A DNA stretch of 64,000 nt from Fidelibacterota bacterium (GCA_049975265.1 JBNGDF010000001.1:154246-218245); one strand, 5' to 3'; positions 38,835-50,236 are shown, counted from the first letter of the stretch. Numbers and translations are program-made. Notes: a model not told the origin generated them from the letters alone.

Positions 38835-39752
38835 TTATAAATGTTGTGAAATGCTGACAGAGGTGATGTGTCCGGCGTCACTCAGACCGACAACAGCAAT
38901 GTCAAAGATGAGGGATTTATAGGAAATACCCAGTCCGGCTGAAACGGCGGCGAAGAAACTTTTCAGGCTATGCTGACCGCGCAGCTGAAACCGGCGGGTG
39001 GAATTTCCCCAGCGCAGGAAGAGGTGCTCGCCGATGATGAATTCGCCGCCGATATTGGCACTATAGTCATTGCGGTTGGTTTTGAGAGCGTCGACCGATA
39101 AAATCATCGGCAGGTGCGCCAGTTTTTTCGACATACCCAATACCAGCGCGGCAGGTGGCTCCTCTTTATCGTCCGAGTAGCCGTTGATCAGGACACCGAA
39201 ATTCCGGTAAGCCAGTCCGATAGCCAGGGTATTCACTTCGTTATAATAGAGAAGACCGACCCGACCCAAAGCGGCAGCGGCACTGAGAGATGCCAGCCGG
39301 GATTGAACAAGGGCGGCGGTGCAGCCCACACTGAGCCGCCGGGTGATTTGTCGCCCATAGGTCAAAAGACCGGTCAGGTCATAGACGCCGAAGCGACCGG
39401 TTTCGGCGCCGTCCCAGTCACGCTCCGTAAAGGAACCGTAATCGAGATAGTGGACTTGTATGGCAAACTTCCCCGGCACCGGCAGCGAAAAAACAGCGGT
39501 AGCGCAACTGGCACTTATATCCAGCGGGAACACGGTATGATTGATCTGCCACAATGTGGGGACATACGTAATCACCGCCGGATTGGCGCCGATACCGGAA
39601 GCGGCTTTTGACTGACTGCTGACGGATGAGCCCATGCCCCAGCCCCGTGCGCCGACCGGATGATTGAGTCCCTGAAACAGTGCCTGCCCTTTTAAACCGG
39701 AGCCGGATAAGGAAATAAAAAATATGCAAAACAGCTGGATAGCGGGCTTCAT
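38835..39752 (-). CDS. PorV/PorQ-family outer-membrane barrel (T9SS-associated)
   Basis: Start MKPAI overlaps the upstream stop (ATGA); PVGARGWGMG, ANPA, YLDYGSF, GLAYRNFG. Confidence 0.75.
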   Translation of the reverse strand: MKPAIQLFCIFFISLSGSGLKGQALFQGLNHPVGARGWGMGSSVSSQSKAASGIGANPAVITYVPTLWQINHTVFPLDISASCATAVFSLPVPGKFAIQVHYLDYGSFTERDWDGAETGRFGVYDLTGLLTYGRQITRRLSVGCTAALVQSRLASLSAAAALGRVGLLYYNEVNTLAIGLAYRNFGVLINGYSDDKEEPPAALVLGMSKKLAHLPMILSVDALKTNRNDYSANIGGEFIIGEHLFLRWGNSTRRFQLRGQHSLKSFFAAVSAGLGISYKSLIFDIAVVGLSDAGHITSVSISQHL

Positions 39753-40648
39753 TTGAATGGCATTTCGCTGGTTTCGATCTCTTCCCTGTTCCACTGCTGA
39801 ATAATTCGTTTGTTCCGATGACCTTTGATAAAATACACAATTATGACCAATATTGGTATAATTAACCAGATCAGGTAGTGACTGTCCAACAGAAAAATCC
39901 AGCGGTAGCGGCTGGTGATATAGTTGCGCCAGCGCCATTCCAGCGATTCGAGGTCACCATCCAGTAGATTCTGCAGAGTTGTGGAAAAATCTTTTGTACT
40001 GCGCAGGTCCTGAAATATTTCAGTCAGAATCCCGGTCCCATAGACCTGTGTAAAATATTCAATCAGCGAGGCACTTTCGGCGTAGGCGAGTTCTGCCTGG
40101 AGATGGTTGTATTTTAGAAAATCCGAAAGCTTTTGGAGCGGAATCAGACGCTTTTGCAACAGAGCGCGTGACAGCAGGACCCGGCTTCCAACGTCATAAG
40201 GTTGACTGAAATAGATTGCCAGCCCTTCATTAAACCAGACAGGGGTGATATTAAGGGGCACAATCATGCTCTGGTAGAGATGGGTAAATTCATGTTCCAC
40301 CGTCGTGCGGAACTGTCTCAGGGTGCTGTTTGTAACGGTTGGACATTTCAGTACAATGATATTTTTTGGAAAAATGGTTACCGCGGCGGTCCAATAGGGT
40401 AGATGAGCACCGGCGAGCTTCTCAAACATTTCTTGAGAGTCCGTCAGATAAATGTGGGCACCCTGATGACCACTGCCGAAGGTTGGTTCCAGTTTCGAAA
40501 TCATTTCCCGAACGGTGTTTAGGACAAAAACAGCCAGCTGCTCCCGTTTGGGGGGATAATAAACATGAAAATCATCCTGTTCCAGCTCTTTTACGGAAGC
40601 CGAAAGCGATGTAGTAAACAGGCAGATGAGTATGAGGCTGTATTTCAC
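39749..40648 (-). CDS. Peptidase MA-clan (gluzincin) metalloprotease with C-terminal membrane anchor
   Basis: Signal peptide; HEFTH and PVWFNEGLA; C-terminal TM helix. Confidence 0.82.
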   Translation of the reverse strand: MKYSLILICLFTTSLSASVKELEQDDFHVYYPPKREQLAVFVLNTVREMISKLEPTFGSGHQGAHIYLTDSQEMFEKLAGAHLPYWTAAVTIFPKNIIVLKCPTVTNSTLRQFRTTVEHEFTHLYQSMIVPLNITPVWFNEGLAIYFSQPYDVGSRVLLSRALLQKRLIPLQKLSDFLKYNHLQAELAYAESASLIEYFTQVYGTGILTEIFQDLRSTKDFSTTLQNLLDGDLESLEWRWRNYITSRYRWIFLLDSHYLIWLIIPILVIIVYFIKGHRNKRIIQQWNREEIETSEMPFK

Positions 40649-43095
40649 TACAGTAAATCCAGCGGATCGATATCGATCTGAATTCGGTTCTGTCGGCTTT
40701 GAGATTGATAGACAGGGGAGGCTAAGAGTGTCTTAAGCAGATTGCGCAGCCGGGTGCCGTTGGGGTCGGTCTCTTTACGGGATTTGACGAGTGATAGATA
40801 GCGATAACGGTTTTTAATTTTCGGTATGGGTGCCTGGGCGGGACCCAGAATTTCCAGTTTACTGGCATTTTGCCTGAGGAAATGGGTGCACCGATCGGCG
40901 GCGGTTTTTACATTGGATTCGTTTAAACCGGAAAAGAGAATGGCGCCGAGCCGGCTGAAAGGCGGATAATTTACGGGATTCCGTTCACTCAGTTCCAGTG
41001 CCGTGAATTTGGTTAAATTTTGCTGCATGGCGAAACGGATAGTACTGTCCTGAGGATTAAAACTCTGGATATAGACTTCGCCCTGCACTACGCCCCGTCC
41101 GGCTCTGCCTGCCACCTGATAGAGCAGATGAAAGACCCGTTCCCGGGCGCGGAAATCCGGCATGAACAGACCGATGTCGGCATTTAACACGCCCACCAGG
41201 GTAACGTTTGGGAAATCGAGACCCTTGGCGATCATTTGGGTTCCCAGAATCAGGTCAATTTTACCTGTTTCGAAATCCCGCATAACCTGCTGGGAGAAAC
41301 CCTGCCGGCGGGTGCTGTCAATATCGAGGCGGACGATGGAGTGTTGCGGAAAGGATTTTTTCAGAACACTTTCGACCCGTTGAGTGCCGAATCCCGGATA
41401 GAGAAATTTCGTCGACTGACAGTTGGGACAGGCGTCCGGCGGTCTCTGACGGAGACCGCAGTAGTGGCAGAGCAGGATTTTATCGGTTTTGTGGTAGGTC
41501 AGCGGGATGTCACAGTTGCGGCATTTGGGGGTCCAGCCGCAGTCAGGACAGAGAATGACGTTGGAATAACCACGTCGGTTTTGCAACAGCAAAACCTGTT
41601 CGCCCCGGTTCAGTTTTTCGGAGATTTTTGTGAAAAGAATCCGGGAGACGGGATTTTCAAAATCGCCGGTCTCTTTCCATTCGGCTTTCATATCGATAAT
41701 GTCGATTTTTGCCGTTGGTGCATCGGAATAGCGTTTTTTCAATTCGACTTTGTGAAATTTACCGGTGGCAGCATTGTAGAGGCTTTCCAGGCTGGGTGTT
41801 GCGGAGCCCATGACCACCACGGCGCCACACGCTACCGCCCGCATCAGTGCCGCATCACGGGCATGATAGCGGGGCTCCTGATCGCGCTGCTTGAACGAGC
41901 CGTCCTGCTCTTCATCGATGATAATCAGACCTGGGCTCTGCAGCGGCAACAGCACGGCACTGCGTGCTCCGATGACGATAGGATAGTATCCATGGCGAAT
42001 TTTTTGCCAGAGTGTCCGACGCTGGACACTGCTGAGGTGACTGTGCCAGATGGCGATCTGCTCTTTGAACTCGCCGCGGAAGCGACTGGCCAGGTGGGTT
42101 GTCAGGGTAATTTCCGGGACGAGAACCAGTGCGGATTTATTGACCGACAGCGCCTTTTTAATCAGCTCCAGGTAGATCTCGGTTTTGCCACTGCCGGTAA
42201 CGCCCTGGAGAAGGAAGGGCATATATTGTCCGGTGCCGATATGCCGGCGGATTTCATCGGTGACACCACGTTGTTCCCCGGTGAGGGTGATGGTTTTTTC
42301 TTTGCTGAGAATATTTTCCCAGAAAATGTCATCGGGCAATTCGGTTACTGTCAGGTTGACCAGTTGTTTGTGAAGCAATGCTTTCAGCGCTGCGGGCGAA
42401 AATGCGGACAGCTGCTCCTGGCTGGCGGATGGATGTTCCGACAAATATTCCAGGATTTCCCACTGTCGGGGGGCACGTTTTTGGATTGTCTGAAAATCGG
42501 GGTGATGGCGGTCGACGGGATTCGAGATTGTATAGCTTTTGCGAATCAGCGGTCGGTGGCGGGGCGTCGTGAACCGGGGCGTTTCGCTGACCTTGCGCAG
42601 TTTTTTCAGGACAGCCAGACCCCGCCGGACATTGTCCAGACCGAATTCCCGTTTGAGGGCGGTAAAGGCGATCGATTGGCGGCTGAGAATTTTGTCAAAG
42701 AGTTTTTGATATTTTTCCGGGATATTGTCTTTTGTGGTATCGGCGGCATAGACGCGGCGGTGTTTCTGAACCTGGTATTCGGCGGGAATCGCAGCGGCGA
42801 GGGTTTTTCCCACGGGAGCCAGATAGTAGTCGGACAGTTTGATCAGGAAGCGAAAGAGTTCGATGGGGATGATCGGTTCGGTATCGATGGTTTCGATGAT
42901 GGGTTTCAGTTTAATATGGGCTGGTGCCGTTATACCAATGTCTATGACAAAACCGATGGTAGCCGTATTGCGCAGGGGCGCCACGACCCGCTGACCGGGA
43001 AAAATTTCGCCCAGGATTTCCGGGCGGCTGGTATAGGTGTAAAGCCGCCGCAATGCTGTGGAGGGAAAGGCGATATTTACCAGCAGATCGGACAT
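40648..43095 (-). CDS. priA: Primosomal protein N'
   Basis: GVTGSGKTE, DEEQD, GSATPSLES, four CxxC, GTQMIAKGLDFP, QVAGRAGR. Confidence 0.97.
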   Translation of the reverse strand: MSDLLVNIAFPSTALRRLYTYTSRPEILGEIFPGQRVVAPLRNTATIGFVIDIGITAPAHIKLKPIIETIDTEPIIPIELFRFLIKLSDYYLAPVGKTLAAAIPAEYQVQKHRRVYAADTTKDNIPEKYQKLFDKILSRQSIAFTALKREFGLDNVRRGLAVLKKLRKVSETPRFTTPRHRPLIRKSYTISNPVDRHHPDFQTIQKRAPRQWEILEYLSEHPSASQEQLSAFSPAALKALLHKQLVNLTVTELPDDIFWENILSKEKTITLTGEQRGVTDEIRRHIGTGQYMPFLLQGVTGSGKTEIYLELIKKALSVNKSALVLVPEITLTTHLASRFRGEFKEQIAIWHSHLSSVQRRTLWQKIRHGYYPIVIGARSAVLLPLQSPGLIIIDEEQDGSFKQRDQEPRYHARDAALMRAVACGAVVVMGSATPSLESLYNAATGKFHKVELKKRYSDAPTAKIDIIDMKAEWKETGDFENPVSRILFTKISEKLNRGEQVLLLQNRRGYSNVILCPDCGWTPKCRNCDIPLTYHKTDKILLCHYCGLRQRPPDACPNCQSTKFLYPGFGTQRVESVLKKSFPQHSIVRLDIDSTRRQGFSQQVMRDFETGKIDLILGTQMIAKGLDFPNVTLVGVLNADIGLFMPDFRARERVFHLLYQVAGRAGRGVVQGEVYIQSFNPQDSTIRFAMQQNLTKFTALELSERNPVNYPPFSRLGAILFSGLNESNVKTAADRCTHFLRQNASKLEILGPAQAPIPKIKNRYRYLSLVKSRKETDPNGTRLRNLLKTLLASPVYQSQSRQNRIQIDIDPLDLL

Positions 43096-43221
43096 TGTAC
43101 TAAAAAATATACCCTCTTTTTTCCCATTTCACAAGCCAATATCGGCAACCGTTGCTCATAAAACAGGAAAGGCGAAACAACGAGGGTTCCGCCTTGGATT
43201 TCAATAGTTAAGGGTGGGAAT

Positions 43222-43665
43222 TTAGGCTTTGATGACCCAGAGTTTGACAGTCGCGGTAATTTCCGGATGCAGTTTCACAGGAATATCGAAGATGCCGAGA
43301 GCCTTGATCGGTTCTTCCAGCAAAATCTGGCGTTTGTCGATGTCATAGCCCTTGTCCTTGAGCTGCTGGGCGATGTCGATGGAGGTCACCGAGCCGAAGA
43401 TGCGGTCTTCTTCGCCCACCTGAACGGGAACGGTCAGCGAGAGAGACTGTAATTTTTCAGCCAACTCCTGGGCTTCTCTCAGGGCACGGTTCTGTTTCAG
43501 CTCTTTCAGATGCGCGATTTCCTGAAAGCGTTTGACGCTTTTTTTGTCGGCTTTCAGCGCCAGACCTTTTGGAATCAGAAAATTCTGGGCATAGCCATCT
43601 TTGACATCTATCTGATCGCCGGCATTTCCCAGCTTTTCATAATCCTGAAGTAATATAATACGCAC
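43222..43665 (-). CDS. rplI: 50S ribosomal protein L9
   Basis: VKDGYAQNFLIPKGLA, IFGSVT, IKALG. Confidence 0.97.
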   Translation of the reverse strand: MRIILLQDYEKLGNAGDQIDVKDGYAQNFLIPKGLALKADKKSVKRFQEIAHLKELKQNRALREAQELAEKLQSLSLTVPVQVGEEDRIFGSVTSIDIAQQLKDKGYDIDKRQILLEEPIKALGIFDIPVKLHPEITATVKLWVIKA

Positions 43666-43690
43666 AATAGCCTCCTGTAGGTCGAGTAGA

Positions 43691-43921
43691 TTAGTTTTGG
43701 GTTACGTCGTAGGCATAGGGCAGCAGAGCAATGTTGCGGGCGCGCTTGATCGCTTTGGTCAGCTCCCGCTGGTGCTTGGCGCAGGTACCGGTGATTCGAC
43801 TGGGAATGATTTTGCCCTGTTCAGTGATGAAACGCCGCAGAACCTTATAGTTTTTATAGTCGATTTGCTCGTTGGGATTTTCGCAGAATTTACAAATCTT
43901 CTTTTTGCTTAACAGTGCCAT
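43691..43921 (-). CDS. rpsR: 30S ribosomal protein S18 (zinc-ribbon form)
   Basis: [37 protein letters not shown]. Confidence 0.98.
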   Translation of the reverse strand: MALLSKKKICKFCENPNEQIDYKNYKVLRRFITEQGKIIPSRITGTCAKHQRELTKAIKRARNIALLPYAYDVTQN

Positions 43922-43979
43922 GGTTTATCCTTTCTATATAAATGAAATTCAAGAGTTCAAATGATGGATGTCCGCTGAA

Positions 43980-44327
43980 CTATTCATTTTCATCTTTTTC
44001 GTCACCGCCCGTCGCGTCAGTCGGGTGCGGTTCCGGTTTATGAGCCAGAGCGATGGTCTGATACGCCAGGATTTCCGTGCGCAGTTTCATCCAGTTTTCC
44101 AGCTCCAGATTAATCTTATTGTTTTCCGATTCGTACTGAACCAGGACATAGTTTCCGTACTTCTGTTTTTCAATCGGGTATGCCAGTCGCCGCTTACCCC
44201 AATCTTCGAGAACCAGGACATTGCCGTTCAGATTGGCAATCTCCTTTTTGACCGCTTCAACGGTATGGGTCAGTTTTTCCTGTTCATAATTTGGATGAAC
44301 AATGAATAGATTTTCGTAATACCTCAC
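43980..44327 (-). CDS. rpsF: 30S ribosomal protein S6
   Basis: MRYYE..FIVHP, WGKRRLAYPI. Confidence 0.96.
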   Translation of the reverse strand: MRYYENLFIVHPNYEQEKLTHTVEAVKKEIANLNGNVLVLEDWGKRRLAYPIEKQKYGNYVLVQYESENNKINLELENWMKLRTEILAYQTIALAHKPEPHPTDATGGDEKDENE

Positions 44328-44362
44328 GGGTTGAACTCCTTATGTTAATACTCATTTATGCA

Positions 44363-46411
44363 TTATCGCAGCAGTGGTGCAATAACCAGCGAAACGATGG
44401 TCATTAATTTGATTAAGATATTCAATGAAGGACCGGCAGTGTCTTTAAAAGGATCGCCCACGGTATCACCGGTGACCGCCGCCTTGTGCGAATCACTGCC
44501 CTTTCCACCGAGATTACCCTCTTCTATGTATTTCTTGGCGTTATCCCAGGCACCGCCGGCATTAGCCATAAAAATTGCCATCAATACGCCAGTAACGGTA
44601 ACCCCGGCCAGCAAGCCGCCCAGCATCTCTTTGTTGATAAAGCCCAGAATTGGGGGAATGATGACAGCCAGTGTGCCCGGAAGAATCATTTTTTTTATGG
44701 CGGCGGCGGTGGAAATATCTACGCATTTGGAATGGTCGGCGGTGGCTTTCCCTTCCATCAATCCCTTGATTTCGCGAAACTGCCGGCGCACCTCTTTGAT
44801 CATTTCGTAGGCAGCCTCGCCGACCGCCCGCATGGAAAGACTGCTGAACAGGAATGGCAGCATTCCGCCGATTAAAAGTCCGGCGATCACAAAAGGATTG
44901 GTCAGATTGATGGTTTTAATTCCGGCGGAGGTCTGGAAGGCTGAAAAGAGCGCCAGAGCGGTCAGTGCTGCCGAACCGATGGCAAATCCCTTTCCCACAG
45001 CTGCTGTCGTGTTACCTACGGCGTCCAGCTTATCGGTACGTTGACGGACATCCCGACCCAGCATGGCCATTTCGGCGATGCCGCCGGCATTGTCGGCAAC
45101 CGGTCCATAGGCATCGATAGCCAGCTGAATGCCGGTGGTGGAGAGCATTCCAAGCGCTGCAATGGCAATGCCGTAAAGTCCGGCAATGCTGTAGGCAATC
45201 ATGATGGCACCGGCGATAAAAATAGTCGGCAGCATGGTGGAGAGCATCCCAAGGCTCAGACCGGCGATGATATTGGTCGCCGGACCGGTCTGGGATTGGC
45301 GGGCGATCCACTGCGCCGGTTTTTTGGATTCCGATGTATAATATTCGGTAATCATACCGATGGCAAAGCCGGCAACCAGCCCCGCAAGGGTTGCCAGCCA
45401 GATGTCGAAGGCATCCAGGGTCAGAGATCCTGTCGTTACGGTGGCGCCCAGAAAAAGTTTCGTTACCGGATAGATAAAAATCAGCATTAATCCATCGGCT
45501 ACCAGCGTCCCGCGGTTGAGAGCATGCTGGGGATTGCCGCCCTCTTTCGTCTTTACAAGGAAAGTACCTAGCAAGGAGCTGAGAATACCCAATCCGGCTA
45601 AAGCCAACGGCAAAATAACGAGATTTAAACCAAATAGCGTGCCCAGAACCATGGTACCAATAATGGAGCCCACATAACTTTCGAAAAGGTCGGCACCCAT
45701 ACCGGCGACATCGCCAACATTATCCCCCACGTTGTCGGCGATAGTAGCCGGATTGCGGGGATCATCTTCAGGAATACCGGCTTCGACCTTGCCGACCAGA
45801 TCGGCACCCACATCCGCCGCTTTGGTATAAATGCCGCCGCCAACCCGGGCAAAGAGCGCCACGGAACTGGCGCCGAAACTGAAGCCGCTCAATATCGGCA
45901 GCACGGTGTCATTCAGATTTTCGATTGTGCTGCCGTAAAATTTGATGAGAATGATAAAAAGCGTCGCCAGACCAACCAACCCCAGCCCCACCACACTCAT
46001 GCCCATGACAGAACCGCTGGAGAAGGCGACTTTGAGCGCCTGATTGAGTCCTGTACGAGCCGCCTGAGTGGTGCGGACGTTTGCCAGGGTGGCGATCCGC
46101 ATCCCGATAAACCCAGCCAGACCGGAACAGACAGCCCCGATAACAAATGAGACCGCCACCAGTCGGTTGGCGCCCTTATTGGCAAGCAGCAGCAGAATCG
46201 AAGCCGCTACCAAAAAGATCAACAGAACTTTATACTCCCGGTTCAAAAATGCCATGGCGCCGTTGCGGATATATTTTGCCAGAGTCTGCATGGTGTCGCT
46301 ACCGGTTTCCTGTCTGGAAACCCAAAAAGATTTAAAAAAAGCAAATAACAATGCGACTACCCCGGTGGCGATTATCAGATACACCCAGTTAATCGATATG
46401 TCCGATAGCAT
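44363..46411 (-). CDS. hppA: K+-dependent membrane pyrophosphatase, probably Na+-translocating
   Basis: [35 protein letters not shown] (Ala marks K+ dependence); DLFESY gate Glu typical of Na+-PPases. Confidence 0.93.
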   Translation of the reverse strand: MLSDISINWVYLIIATGVVALLFAFFKSFWVSRQETGSDTMQTLAKYIRNGAMAFLNREYKVLLIFLVAASILLLLANKGANRLVAVSFVIGAVCSGLAGFIGMRIATLANVRTTQAARTGLNQALKVAFSSGSVMGMSVVGLGLVGLATLFIILIKFYGSTIENLNDTVLPILSGFSFGASSVALFARVGGGIYTKAADVGADLVGKVEAGIPEDDPRNPATIADNVGDNVGDVAGMGADLFESYVGSIIGTMVLGTLFGLNLVILPLALAGLGILSSLLGTFLVKTKEGGNPQHALNRGTLVADGLMLIFIYPVTKLFLGATVTTGSLTLDAFDIWLATLAGLVAGFAIGMITEYYTSESKKPAQWIARQSQTGPATNIIAGLSLGMLSTMLPTIFIAGAIMIAYSIAGLYGIAIAALGMLSTTGIQLAIDAYGPVADNAGGIAEMAMLGRDVRQRTDKLDAVGNTTAAVGKGFAIGSAALTALALFSAFQTSAGIKTINLTNPFVIAGLLIGGMLPFLFSSLSMRAVGEAAYEMIKEVRRQFREIKGLMEGKATADHSKCVDISTAAAIKKMILPGTLAVIIPPILGFINKEMLGGLLAGVTVTGVLMAIFMANAGGAWDNAKKYIEEGNLGGKGSDSHKAAVTGDTVGDPFKDTAGPSLNILIKLMTIVSLVIAPLLR

Positions 46412-47064
46412 CAGGCATCTCCCGTTATGATTTCACGCAGATCGATGCGGTTGTATTTATTCATGAGGTCTTCGATTTCAAAACGGCTGAAGTCGTTCAG
46501 AATATCCATGCAGAGGTTGATAACTTTCTCTACAACGGGTAGTTCGGCAGCCCGAAAATCCGCCAGCACAAAATCCTCCGCCGCTACGCCTGCTGTCTGA
46601 GGCCCGATCCCAAGGCGCAGCCGGAGGAAATCCGATGTCTGAAGATGTTCCGATATCGACATGACACCCTTATGTCCACCGGGAGCACCGCCGGGGCGAA
46701 TCCGAATCCGCCCCAGGGGGAGATCAAGATCATCATAAACGACGAGCAGGTTATCCGGTGAAAGACGAAAGTAGTTCAGCAGTTGCCGTGCGGCGAGACC
46801 GCTGTTATTCATGTAGGTCAACGGCTTTGCCAGACCCAGTGAGGCTCCCTGTCCGCCAGCCGATTTAGTATTATCGCACCATAGATAGGCACCGGTGGTT
46901 TTGCGAAAATGGAGGTGATTCCGCCGGGCGAAGTGATTGATGACCATAAAACCGAAATTGTGACGGTTTTGGCTGTATTTGGCGTCGGGGTTTCCAAGTC
47001 CCATAATGATTTTCGCAATCCTAGACGTTGTTCGTTGTTTCACCGGTGAAAAGAGATTGGTCAT
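46411..47064 (-). CDS. pth: Peptidyl-tRNA hydrolase
   Basis: [33 protein letters not shown]; exact start uncertain. Confidence 0.95.
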   Translation of the reverse strand: MTNLFSPVKQRTTSRIAKIIMGLGNPDAKYSQNRHNFGFMVINHFARRNHLHFRKTTGAYLWCDNTKSAGGQGASLGLAKPLTYMNNSGLAARQLLNYFRLSPDNLLVVYDDLDLPLGRIRIRPGGAPGGHKGVMSISEHLQTSDFLRLRLGIGPQTAGVAAEDFVLADFRAAELPVVEKVINLCMDILNDFSRFEIEDLMNKYNRIDLREIITGDA

Positions 47065-47080
47065 TTAGCGTCGGGCACAT

Positions 47081-47719
47081 CTATTCAGCAGATTCCTCTT
47101 CGCCTTCTTCACCCTCTTCGCCCTCTTCCGGCTCGGCGGCTTCTTCCGCCAATTCCTCTTCGGTCTTCAAGCCAGTCGCTTTGACAACACTGATAACGGA
47201 GCTACTGGTGGGTGTCAGGATTTCCACATGTTCAGGAATAGGCAGATCGCTTACCGCAATGGAATCCCCGATGTTCAGGTTGGATACATCGACGGTAAAA
47301 TTGTCGGGGATGTCGGTGGCTTTGCACTTGACCTCAACTTCCCATAAGTGCTGCGCCAGCACGCCGCCGAAATCCTTAACGCCTATTGCCGTACCCTGCA
47401 CCACGATCGGTATGTCGACGGTAATATCTTCCTGGAGAGTGATGCCCATGAAATCGGCATGAATTATCTCGTCGGAAACCGGGTCGTGCTGGAGATCTCG
47501 GATAATGCAGATATGTTTTTTACTGCCCATATGCAATTCGATGATATGGGCACCGGAGCGAAGGGCGCTGCGCAGCTCTTTGACATCCACGGAAAGCGGC
47601 AGCGGCTTTTCCCGGTGAAAATAGTAAACAGCAGGGATTTGTCCCTCGTTGCGCATCTGCTTGCTGACCCGTTTTTTCAGGTCTGTGCGGAGGGTCGTAT
47701 TGAGCTTATAGGTTGCCAT
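47081..47719 (-). CDS. rplY: 50S ribosomal protein L25 (Ctc type)
   Basis: IPAVYY, QHDPV...IHADF, GVKDFGG, acidic tail. Confidence 0.95.
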   Translation of the reverse strand: MATYKLNTTLRTDLKKRVSKQMRNEGQIPAVYYFHREKPLPLSVDVKELRSALRSGAHIIELHMGSKKHICIIRDLQHDPVSDEIIHADFMGITLQEDITVDIPIVVQGTAIGVKDFGGVLAQHLWEVEVKCKATDIPDNFTVDVSNLNIGDSIAVSDLPIPEHVEILTPTSSSVISVVKATGLKTEEELAEEAAEPEEGEEGEEGEEESAE

Positions 47720-47736
47720 GTAAAACTCCTTTAACG

Positions 47737-48678
47737 TTAAAAATCAAAAAGTGAACTGATGGATTCTTCATAGTGAATTCGTTTGATGGCTTCCGCCAGC
47801 ATAGGCGCTGCCGAAAGGACTTCCAACTTGGGAAAGGTCCGTTCTTCCGGAATGGAAATGCTGTTGGTAACGATCACTTTGTCAACCGGAGCGTCGCTCA
47901 GACGGCGAATGCAGTCGCCGGAAAAGAGCCCGTGAGTTGCCACCACGGTGATGGTCTTGACGCCCCGGCTTTTGATGACCTCAGCCGCCTGGGCAATCGT
48001 GCCCCCGGTATCGATCATATCGTCGATTAGCAGGACGTGTTCCAGGTCGATGTCGCCAATAACGTTCATCACCTCAGCCTTGTTGGGGCGCGGTCGGCGC
48101 TTGTCGATAATGGTCAGGGGCAGCCCGAGAATTTGGGCATAGGACCGGGCAAATTTGATTCCGCCGACGTCGGGAACCACGATGCAGAAATTTTTACCCT
48201 CAATTAATTTTTTCAGCGGCTCAATGAAAATCGGTTTGGCGTAGAGATGATCAAAGGGAACGTTTACGAATCCCTGAATCTGCGAGGAGTGCAGGTCCAT
48301 GGCGACGATCCGATTAGCACCGGCATTGACGATTTCATCCATTATCAGGCGGGATGAAATCGGGACTCGCGGCTGATCCTTCCGATCTTGGCGCGCATAC
48401 CCGTAATAGGGAACAACGGCGGTAATCCGTTTGGCGGAGGCACGCCGGGCGGCATCGATGATCAGGAGCAATTCGAGAATATTTTCAGCCGGCGGATTTG
48501 TCGGCTGTACAATAAAAACATCCACGCCACGGATATTTTCTTCAAAGCGTAACCAGATTTCCCCGTCACTGAAATTGCTGATGGAGATTTTTCCCGGAGT
48601 GAGTCCCAGAATCTCGTTGATTTCCCGGGTTAGGTTCGGGTTGGCGCGTCCGGAAAATACTCTTGCTTTAATACTCAT
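47737..48678 (-). CDS. prs: Ribose-phosphate pyrophosphokinase
   Basis: FSDGE, PYYGYARQDRK, DLHSSQIQGF, DDMIDTGGT. Confidence 0.98.
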   Translation of the reverse strand: MSIKARVFSGRANPNLTREINEILGLTPGKISISNFSDGEIWLRFEENIRGVDVFIVQPTNPPAENILELLLIIDAARRASAKRITAVVPYYGYARQDRKDQPRVPISSRLIMDEIVNAGANRIVAMDLHSSQIQGFVNVPFDHLYAKPIFIEPLKKLIEGKNFCIVVPDVGGIKFARSYAQILGLPLTIIDKRRPRPNKAEVMNVIGDIDLEHVLLIDDMIDTGGTIAQAAEVIKSRGVKTITVVATHGLFSGDCIRRLSDAPVDKVIVTNSISIPEERTFPKLEVLSAAPMLAEAIKRIHYEESISSLFDF

Positions 48679-48703
48679 GATTCCTTCTCGGTTGTAAAGT
48701 CAG

Positions 48704-48774
48704 CTCGGGGACTTGGATTCGAACCAAGATTGACGGCTCCAAAGGCCGCAGTCCTGCCATTGGACGATCCCCGA
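48704..48774 (-). tRNA. tRNA-Gln (anticodon TTG); CCA not encoded
   Basis: TCGGGGA/TCCCCGA acceptor stem (U1-A72), GTCC/GGAC D arm, GCGGC-CTTTGGA-GCCGT anticodon arm, CTTGG-TTCGAAT-CCAAG T arm; usual ispE-tRNA-Gln-prs position. Confidence 0.97.
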
Positions 48775-48792
48775 ATGGATAATCTTGTTTTT

Positions 48793-49632
48793 CTAATGAA
48801 GTACGGGAAGGGAGATGTGGCTGGTATAGTGTCTGAACAGATGGCGCGCCGATTCGGCGGCACCCCTGTCGCGAAATATTCCAAACACAGTCGAACCGCT
48901 TCCCGACAAACCGGCATATATAGAACCCGCTTGCAGCAGACGGGCTTTGAGCATGCCGATTTCTGGATATGTTGGAAAAACAACAGATTCAAATTGATTT
49001 TCAAACAGCTCCCAGTGAATCTTCCCGGATTCAAACAGGTGGCGAAATTTATCGCCATATTTTCTTTTTGTCAAGTCGAATTGTTGATAAGCCCAGGGAG
49101 TTGATATGGAGATTGGCGGGCAGACCAGCAAAAGCACAAAGTGCTCCGGTAACTGCACGGGGGTCAGAATATCACCGATTCCCTCAGCCATTTGTGTTCC
49201 ACCCTGCAGGTAGAAGGCGACATCGGCGCCGATCTGACGGGCAACTGCGACCAGTTCCGTGTGGGTCAGCCGAAGATTCCAGTGGTGATTTAAAAATTTT
49301 AGTACGGTGGCGGCGTTGGAGCTGCCACCGCCAAGTCCCGCACCAATGGGAATATTTTTAAGCAGATGAATCCGCCAGTCCGGAGCACCGGGCGTCAGTG
49401 CTTTCAGTTTATAATAGGCAATCGTGCATAGATTTTGCGAGTCTGTGGGAATCGTCTGTGGTGTGCATTGTAATTCGTAGCAGGAGGATGGGGTAAATGT
49501 GATACTGTCGTGCAGATCAATCTCCTGAAACAGAGAGCTGAGGGTATGGTAACCACTCGGCAGCCGTCCGGTGATCCTCAGACAGAGATTGACTTTGGCA
49601 TAGGATTGAACCGTGAATTCCGGGCTACTCAT
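48793..49632 (-). CDS. ispE: 4-diphosphocytidyl-2-C-methyl-D-erythritol kinase
   Basis: AKVNLCL, KNIPIGAGLGGGSSNAA, GADV, SGSGSTVF. Confidence 0.96.
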   Translation of the reverse strand: MSSPEFTVQSYAKVNLCLRITGRLPSGYHTLSSLFQEIDLHDSITFTPSSCYELQCTPQTIPTDSQNLCTIAYYKLKALTPGAPDWRIHLLKNIPIGAGLGGGSSNAATVLKFLNHHWNLRLTHTELVAVARQIGADVAFYLQGGTQMAEGIGDILTPVQLPEHFVLLLVCPPISISTPWAYQQFDLTKRKYGDKFRHLFESGKIHWELFENQFESVVFPTYPEIGMLKARLLQAGSIYAGLSGSGSTVFGIFRDRGAAESARHLFRHYTSHISLPVLH

Positions 49633-50236
49633 ATCGTTTGTGTAGTTTTGGGATGATCCATTTCCAGCTGATCACGATAATAAGCAGCACCATCGCAATG
49701 ATATTCACGGCGCTGGAATATTGTGAGAGCGCCCTTTTGATTATATGCCAGTTTTCTCCCACGAGCATTCCGGCACGAAAAATAATTCCGTTCCAGATGA
49801 AAATTCCCACAGCCGTCAGAATTGTCGCCTTGACCACTGAAATGTTCATGAATCCGGTAGTCGCCGCCATGATCAGCCGGCTGCCGGGGAGCATCCGGGC
49901 GATAACCAGCGTCCAGCTTCCCCGTTTTTGAAACAGCTGGCGGTATTTCCGGATTTTTTCCGGTGAAATCCGAAAGGGTAATTTATCAATAAGTTCATCC
50001 CCCCGGGAGTTGCTGATCAGAAATACGAATATGAATCCGGTCAAGGCTCCCAGAACGGTGATAATGAAGGTCGGTAACGGATAAAAGGTTCCCCGACCGC
50101 TCAGATAAGCCGAGAACAGCAAGACGGTGTCACCCGGTACAAAAGGGACGGTATTTTCCAGGAATATCAGCACAAAGAGAATCGTGTAAATAGAGCAGAT
50201 GTTATGGGTAAAGAGATTTTCAAGGAAGCTTTCCAT
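49625..50236 (-). CDS. DedA family membrane protein
   Basis: FLEN..PFVPGDTVL, ARMLPGSR pattern, TM helices. Confidence 0.88.
   Translation of the reverse strand: MESFLENLFTHNICSIYTILFVLIFLENTVPFVPGDTVLLFSAYLSGRGTFYPLPTFIITVLGALTGFIFVFLISNSRGDELIDKLPFRISPEKIRKYRQLFQKRGSWTLVIARMLPGSRLIMAATTGFMNISVVKATILTAVGIFIWNGIIFRAGMLVGENWHIIKRALSQYSSAVNIIAMVLLIIVISWKWIIPKLHKRYE

Noticed and set aside
39753..39938. N-terminal extension of the PorV-like ORF
   Set aside because: It overlaps the upstream peptidase gene; the ATGA-coupled start at 39752 gives a normal signal peptide
41236..43161. 641-aa plus-strand ORF
   Set aside because: Almost entirely antisense to priA, with no recognisable motif; a shadow frame from codon bias, like the many shorter antisense ORFs over aspS, uvrA, secD and hppA
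47085..47165. Short repeated CTCTTC/CTTC units
   Set aside because: They encode the Glu-rich tail of L25/Ctc; not a repeat element
48675..49104. Track ORFs spanning the ispE-prs gap
   Set aside because: They overlap tRNA-Gln and the end of ispE
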